64,000 nt of DNA from Eledone cirrhosa. Its lineage: Eukaryota. The DNA lies in the NCBI GenBank assembly GCA_964016885.1, contig OZ024741.1:351044001-351108000 (forward strand). The letters are read 5' to 3'. The stretch's first letter is position 1; every line of letters begins with the position of its first letter. Below are positions 58,480 to 64,000 of this stretch, in pieces. Made by a program: the position numbers and the translations under genes. A model generated the notes under the pieces. That model saw only the letters and a list, made by a program, of their open reading frames with translations, was not told the origin of the DNA and ran no database searches.

Positions 58480-60410
58480 GGTAAATTTATGATAGGTTTC
58501 CATGTCATAACTACACCAAACTAAACCATACCAAACTACACCAAACCAAACTACACCATACCAAACTACACCAAACCAAACTACACCATACCAAACTACA
58601 CCATACTACATCACACCATGCTATTAATCTCAGTGAGAACATTTTTCTTCCTGCTTTTTTTTTTCTGCGTGTGCTTACCACCCAATCTGATATCAAAGGT
58701 GCTCACAAATGACTATTTTTTTACACATTATCAATGTATATAACATGGAAACCTATCATTTGCAATAGGTTCCCATGTCATAACTACAACAGTCCAAACC
58801 ACACCACAACAAACTACACCATTCTACATCACACCATGCTTTTGATCTCAGTGTGAAAAATTTTCTTCCTGTTTCTTTTTTTTTTGTGTGTGTGTTCTTA
58901 CCACCCAATCTGACATCAAAGGTGCTGCAATTGACTATTTTTTGCACATATTATCAATAATTATGACATAGAAAACTGTCGAAAATGACTAGCTTTGTAG
59001 AAAAAAGAGGGAGGATGTGGGTGGAAATACCATTTACAAAGCTAGTAATTTTTTATTGTAGCGGAAGTCATATTTTTTGTTAATATGCTAAAAGCATAGT
59101 CCACTGCGAGCTTCTTGGAAGTTGATAGCACATGCAAAATTGAAGAAAAAATTTTTTTTCTAACATAAATCAAAGTGGAAATTTAAATCCTCACTTATAA
59201 CAAAGCACACCACAGCACATTAATCTACCCCAATCCACACCATAAATTCACCATAACCATACTTCACTATATGGTAAATTTATTACAGAACACCTACTCG
59301 TATCATTTACATCACACCATGGTATGGAGATCAATGTGACAAATTTGCTACCTGCTTTTTATTTTTTTTTTGTGGTTACCACCTCAAACTAACATCAAAG
59401 GTGCTTGCAAATTATCAATGAATATGACATGGGAATCTATCGTTTACAATTGGTTTCCATTTCATAACTTCACCAAACCAAACCACACCATACCAAGTTA
59501 CACTATAGTACATCACACCAAGCTACTGATCTTGGTGTGAAACATTTTCTTCCCGTTTCCTTTTTTTTTTTTTTGTGTGTGTGCTTACCACCCAATCTGA
59601 CATTAAAAGTGCTCCCAATTGACTATTTTTTTTCCACTTATCAATAATTATGACATGGAAACCTGTCGAAAATGACTATCTTTGTAGAAACTTCACCAAA
59701 CCACACCATACTACATCACACCAAGATATCGATTTTGGAGTGACAAATTTTCATCTGGCTTTTTTTTTTTTTTTTTTTTTGTGTGCTTACCACCCAATTT
59801 GACATAAAAGGTGCTCGCAAATTACTATTTTATGCACATATTATCAATGGTTATGACATGGAAACCTGATGAAAATGACTAGCTTTGTAGAAAAAAGAGG
59901 GAGGATGTAGGTGGAAATACCATTTACAAAGCTAGTCATTTTTTATTGCAGCGGAAGTCATATTTTTTGTTAATATGCTAAAAGCATAGTCCACTGCGAG
60001 CATCTTGGAAGTTGATAGCACATGCAAAAATGAAGGAAAAATTTTTTACTAACATAAATCAAAGTGGAAATTTAAATCCTCACTTATAACAAAGCACACC
60101 ACAGCACATTAATCTACCCCAATCCACACCATATACTTCACCATATGGTAAATTTATTACAGAACACCTACTCCTACCATTTACATCACACCAATGCTCG
60201 CAGTTGACTATTTTTTTCACATATTATGAATGAATATAACTTTGAAACCTATCGTCAATGATTAGCTTTGTAGAAAAAATAAAGGCAGAAAGTGGGTGGA
60301 AAAACCATTCACAAAGCTAGTCATTTTTAATTGCAGTGGAAATCATATTTGTTGTTAATATGCTAAAAAAAATAGTCAATTGCAAGCATTTTGGAGGTCG
60401 GATTAGTTGA
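58480..60410. repeat. Degenerate complex tandem repeat (~230-bp subunits, ~900-bp duplication)
   Basis: cttaccacccaatctgacatcaaaggtgct recurs near 58675, 58897, 59376, 59585 and 59786; 58900-59320 matches 59790-60192. Confidence 0.85.
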
Positions 60411-60535
60411 AAGGAAAACAAATATTGTCTATATGTTCCTGTGGAAAGTCGGGTCTTCTGTATTACTGTGTGATGCCAGAGGTCATGGTCGGGTGTCATT
60501 GCCCTTGAGAGGTGCAATTGGGAAAGGTCGGGTTA

Positions 60536-61085
60536 GAAATATTTACTTCTGCGTTCACAGATTGATTTTTTTAGTTTCAGAAGATCCCATTAAGGGTGAA
60601 AGCAGCCGATTCTTTGATTAAATTTTAATCTGTTATTTTAATAAATATTTGCTCTACGGTTCTTATATAATTGATATATATTTATCCCTATCGAGCCCTC
60701 TTTGGATGTTAGTCTTCAAATTTATTATTATTACTATTTGGCTCCCTTGACTGAGTACTCTAGTGACTTATATTCATGCAGAAACATCTGAATATGTCTA
60801 CAAAGAACATACCCGTACCAAGCAGGAAGAAATACCTAAAACTATGTCTCCACGAACCAAAGTATCGTCTTTCTGTCTTCCTTCGGTTGCAACGTTTTTC
60901 GAAATATTTACTTCTGCGTTCACAGATTGATTTTTTTTTAGTTTCAGAAGATCCCATTAAGGGTGAAAGCAGCCGATTCTTTGATTAAACTTTAATCTGT
61001 TATTTTAATAAATATTTGCTCTACGGTTCTTATATAATTGATATATATTTATCCCTATCGAGCCCTCTTTGGATTTTAGTCTTCA
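60536..61085. repeat. ~184-bp direct repeats (60536-60718, 60901-61085) around a 182-bp unique core
   Basis: Near-identical copies directly visible. Confidence 0.9.
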
Positions 61086-61164
61086 TATGTATTATTATTA
61101 TATATATATATATATGTATATATATATGTATATATGTGTGTGTGTGTGTGTATATATAGATATT

Positions 61165-61530
61165 GAGAGCATTGGCCTTGCAATCGAAAGGTTGTGAGTT
61201 CAATTCTCACACCGGGTGATGTGTTGTTTCCTTGAGCAAGACACTTTATTTCACATTGCTCCAGTTTACTCAGCTGTAGAAATGAGATGATAGGACTGGG
61301 GTCCCTATCATTCCACTGCAAAGTGGTCGTGGCGGTGCCACGGCAAAAAAGCACCCAGCCCACACTGTAAAGTGGATGTGGAGGTGCCACAGGAAAAAAA
61401 GCACCCAGCACTCACTGTAAATGAGGTTGCTGTTAGGAAGGGCATCCAGCTGTAGAAATCAAGCCAGAATCAGTTCCTGTCCCACCCTTGCAAGCAGGGA
61501 AAAAGTGGACGTAAAATGAAATGATGATGA
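61165..61530 (+). mobile_element. Chimeric SINE: tRNA/CORE head plus RTE 3' tail
   Basis: ccttgagcaagacactt followed by ttaggaagggcatccagctgtagaaa..(GAT)n. Confidence 0.8.
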
Positions 61531-61554
61531 ATGCTCCCAGCTGTGGTCACCCCA

Positions 61555-61862
61555 TAGTATCAAACTAACCATGGAGCTTGAAGCAATCCAATGAAGCTAC
61601 ACCAAGAAGGTTGCCACGATGAAGGAGATAAACTACTGGGAGAGTCTAAAAGAACTGAAACTCTACTCCTCGGAATGAAGATGGGAGAAAGATGCAATGA
61701 TATACATATGGAAAATCCTGCGGGGACTAAGACCAAACTTTCGCATTGAGAGCTGGACCAATTCTCGAACAGGACGTCACGGTGTGGTACCAAAGGTCCC
61801 GTCTTCCACATCTAGAATCAGGAGCAGCTATTGCTATAGCCTGGGGTTCAAAGGCCCTCAAC
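61555..61862 (+). mobile_element. CR1-type LINE 3' fragment
   Basis: LKLYS..R..IYIWKILRGL.PNF..SRTGRH. Confidence 0.65.
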
Positions 61863-61934
61863 TTGGTTTTCAAAATTTAAATTTGTGTTTCCTATTCATC
61901 AATGCTTCAAGCAAGCTATAAAACCGTTATATTT

Positions 61935-62315
61935 CATCATCATCATTTTATGTCAGTTCTTCTACGCTAGCATGGGTTGTCCTGTTGTGGGCAGTGTCCG
62001 GTCGGCTGACCTTGTCTTGCTCATACGGGAACTGATTCTGTCTCGATTTCTACAGCTGGATGCCCTTCCTAACACCAACCCCATTTACAGTGAGTACTGG
62101 GTGTTTTTTTTTTTTTGCCGTGGCACCTCCACGACCACTTTGCAGTGGAATGATAGGGACCCCAGTCCTATCATCTCATTTCTACAGCTGAGTAAACTGG
62201 AGCAATGTGAAATAAAGTGTCTTGCTCAAGGAAACAACACATCACCCGGTCCGAGAATTAAACTCACAACCTTTCAATTGCAAGCCCAATGCTCTAACCA
62301 CTGAGCCATGTGCCT
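61935..62315 (-). mobile_element. Chimeric SINE (same family as 61165, inverted)
   Basis: Reverse complement of 61165-61480. Confidence 0.82.
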
Positions 62316-62319
62316 TCTA

Positions 62320-63297
62320 TTGTTGGCAATGTTAGGTCAGGTGACCATGTCTTGCTCATAAAGAACTGATTTTGGCTTGGTTTCTACAGCTGGATGCCCT
62401 TCCTAATGCCAAGTTCATTTACAGTGAGTACTGGGTGTTTTTTGTTGTGATTCCTCCACGACTACTTTACAGTGTGGACTGGGTGTTTTTTACCGTGTCA
62501 CCATCACGACCACTTTACAGTGTTTCGGCCTGTTCTCATGAAAGATATATTGGCGGGTGGGATGGAGTGGTGCATACTGTATGTATGTTTCAGCCTTGGC
62601 CTGGGCCCGTGGGAAGTTGTGGTTTCTGTATTACCTCATAACGCCAGAGATCTTGGTCCTGTGTCACTGCCTTTCAGAGGTGCAATTGGGCAAAGTCGGC
62701 TTTTATCACTTCATCTCAAGTCTTTCTGGGACTTTATGTAGCTGTCATCCTTCATACGAATCACATGTCCATACCAACATAATCTCCTCTCCTGCACACA
62801 TTTGATTCCTCTTATGCCTAGTTTCTCTTTCAGTTTGTTTATGCTTTGCTGTTCGCGTATATTACTATTACACATCCATCGGAGCATACAAGCTTCATTC
62901 CTTTCTAATCTACGCAAGTCTTCTACACACAGCGCCCAGCTCTCACTACCATGCAACATTGCCGTTCATATGCACACATCATACAGTCTACCTCTTATTC
63001 TGAGGGAAAAGCCTTTTGTATCCAGCTGTGGCAGTAGCTCCCTCAACTTCTTCCATCCCGTTCTTTCAGAACACCTCCCTCCGCTGCTAATTCGGTATTG
63101 TTTTTCCCAAGTCCTCCCAGACTTTGATGTCACTTGTTTTCAGTGATTGTTTGCTGCTTACTGTCCTGGTGCAACTGCTACATGTAAAGCCTACATTCTT
63201 AACTAAACTTCCTGAGATCTCACTACATCTCTTATGTACCCATAGTTTGCATATGGGGCAGAGGATGGAGTTTCTACCTACACCTCTCCTACATAAT
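62320..63297 (-). mobile_element. RTE LINE 3' part (PHD-RT family)
   Basis: CSLCRRGVGRNSILCPICKLWVHKRC, MLHGSESW, ERRLCWYGHV. Confidence 0.9.
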
Positions 63298-63344
63298 GAG
63301 CACACACACACATATATATACACACACTCACATATATATATATA

Positions 63345-64000
63345 CTAGCCGAATTACCAGCGCCTTGCTCCGTTTCACTCATTTTTTTTGTAAGAAAATG
63401 ATGATTGATTTTAAATCAATGATATAATTTATGGAGAAAAACTCAATATTACTCAATGTAAATATAATGCATGAAAAATTGGAAAACATCATTTTTTGTA
63501 ATATATCAAATCAAAATTGCATTATTAAATCTTATTCTTATTTTGTTTCTTGTAAATAATTTTTTTCAAAATATCAATTGAAAACTTTTGTGAATAAGCA
63601 TCATATCTTGTCATTTACCTATGGTTTAAGTTTCATATATCGAAAGGGAGAAGTTTTCAGCAGGGGTTTGTACCCCTGGGGAACCCTAATAGGGGGTTTA
63701 ACCACGATTAAGGTGTCTTATAGTATTGAAATTTTGTGAATAGGCATCATATCTCTTCATTTATCTATGGTTTAAATTGCATATAAATCGAACCGAAAGA
63801 ATTTTCACCGGGGATTTTGTGCCCCCTGGTGAACCCTAATAGGGGGTTTAACCCCCATTAGGGTATTGTAATTTTATTGAAATTTGTTGAAATGATGTGA
63901 ATAGGCATCATATCTTGTCGTTTACCTATGGTTTAAATTGCATATAAATCGAAGGTAAAGTTTCAGCGGCGGTTTTGTGCCCCCGATGAATCCTTTGATT
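63345..64000 (-). mobile_element. Non-autonomous Helitron-like element 3' part with ~150-bp internal tandem repeats
   Basis: Minus strand ends in a GC-rich stretch then ggCTAG|T; tgtgaataggcatcatatct..tatggtttaa recurs near 63589, 63734 and 63896. Confidence 0.65.

Overview
AT-rich eukaryotic DNA packed with repeats, most likely from an octopus or other coleoid cephalopod. This is inferred from the SINE families, RTE LINE tails and huge TA/TACA tracts. No intact host protein-coding gene is visible, and nearly all ORFs in the track are microsatellite artefacts or decayed transposon frames. Identified elements: about 9.5 kb of strand-polarised (TA)n/(TACA)n tracts; a 200-N gap; Penelope-like elements (PLEs, Naiad-like and Neptune-like); RTE LINEs, one family with a PHD-type finger inside the RT; CRE-type RLE retrotransposons; CR1 fragments; Helitrons; hAT, Tc1/pogo and piggyBac-like MITEs; and tRNA/CORE SINEs. 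Highlights: (1) five type I hammerhead ribozyme motifs from four unrelated sequence families, one with no evident parent element; (2) a non-autonomous Helitron carrying a tandem array of Tc1-type MITE hairpins, inserted at A|T inside a PLE ORF that rejoins in frame; (3) a MITE whose ends look like tyrosine-recombinase sites; (4) a candidate bidirectional promoter near 47 kb with phase-compatible micro-exons on both strands; (5) a 4 kb hexamer-periodic tract drifting from Thr-Asn to Ala-Asp/Asn to Ser-Asn codons. Coordinates were counted by hand and TE edges are approximate.
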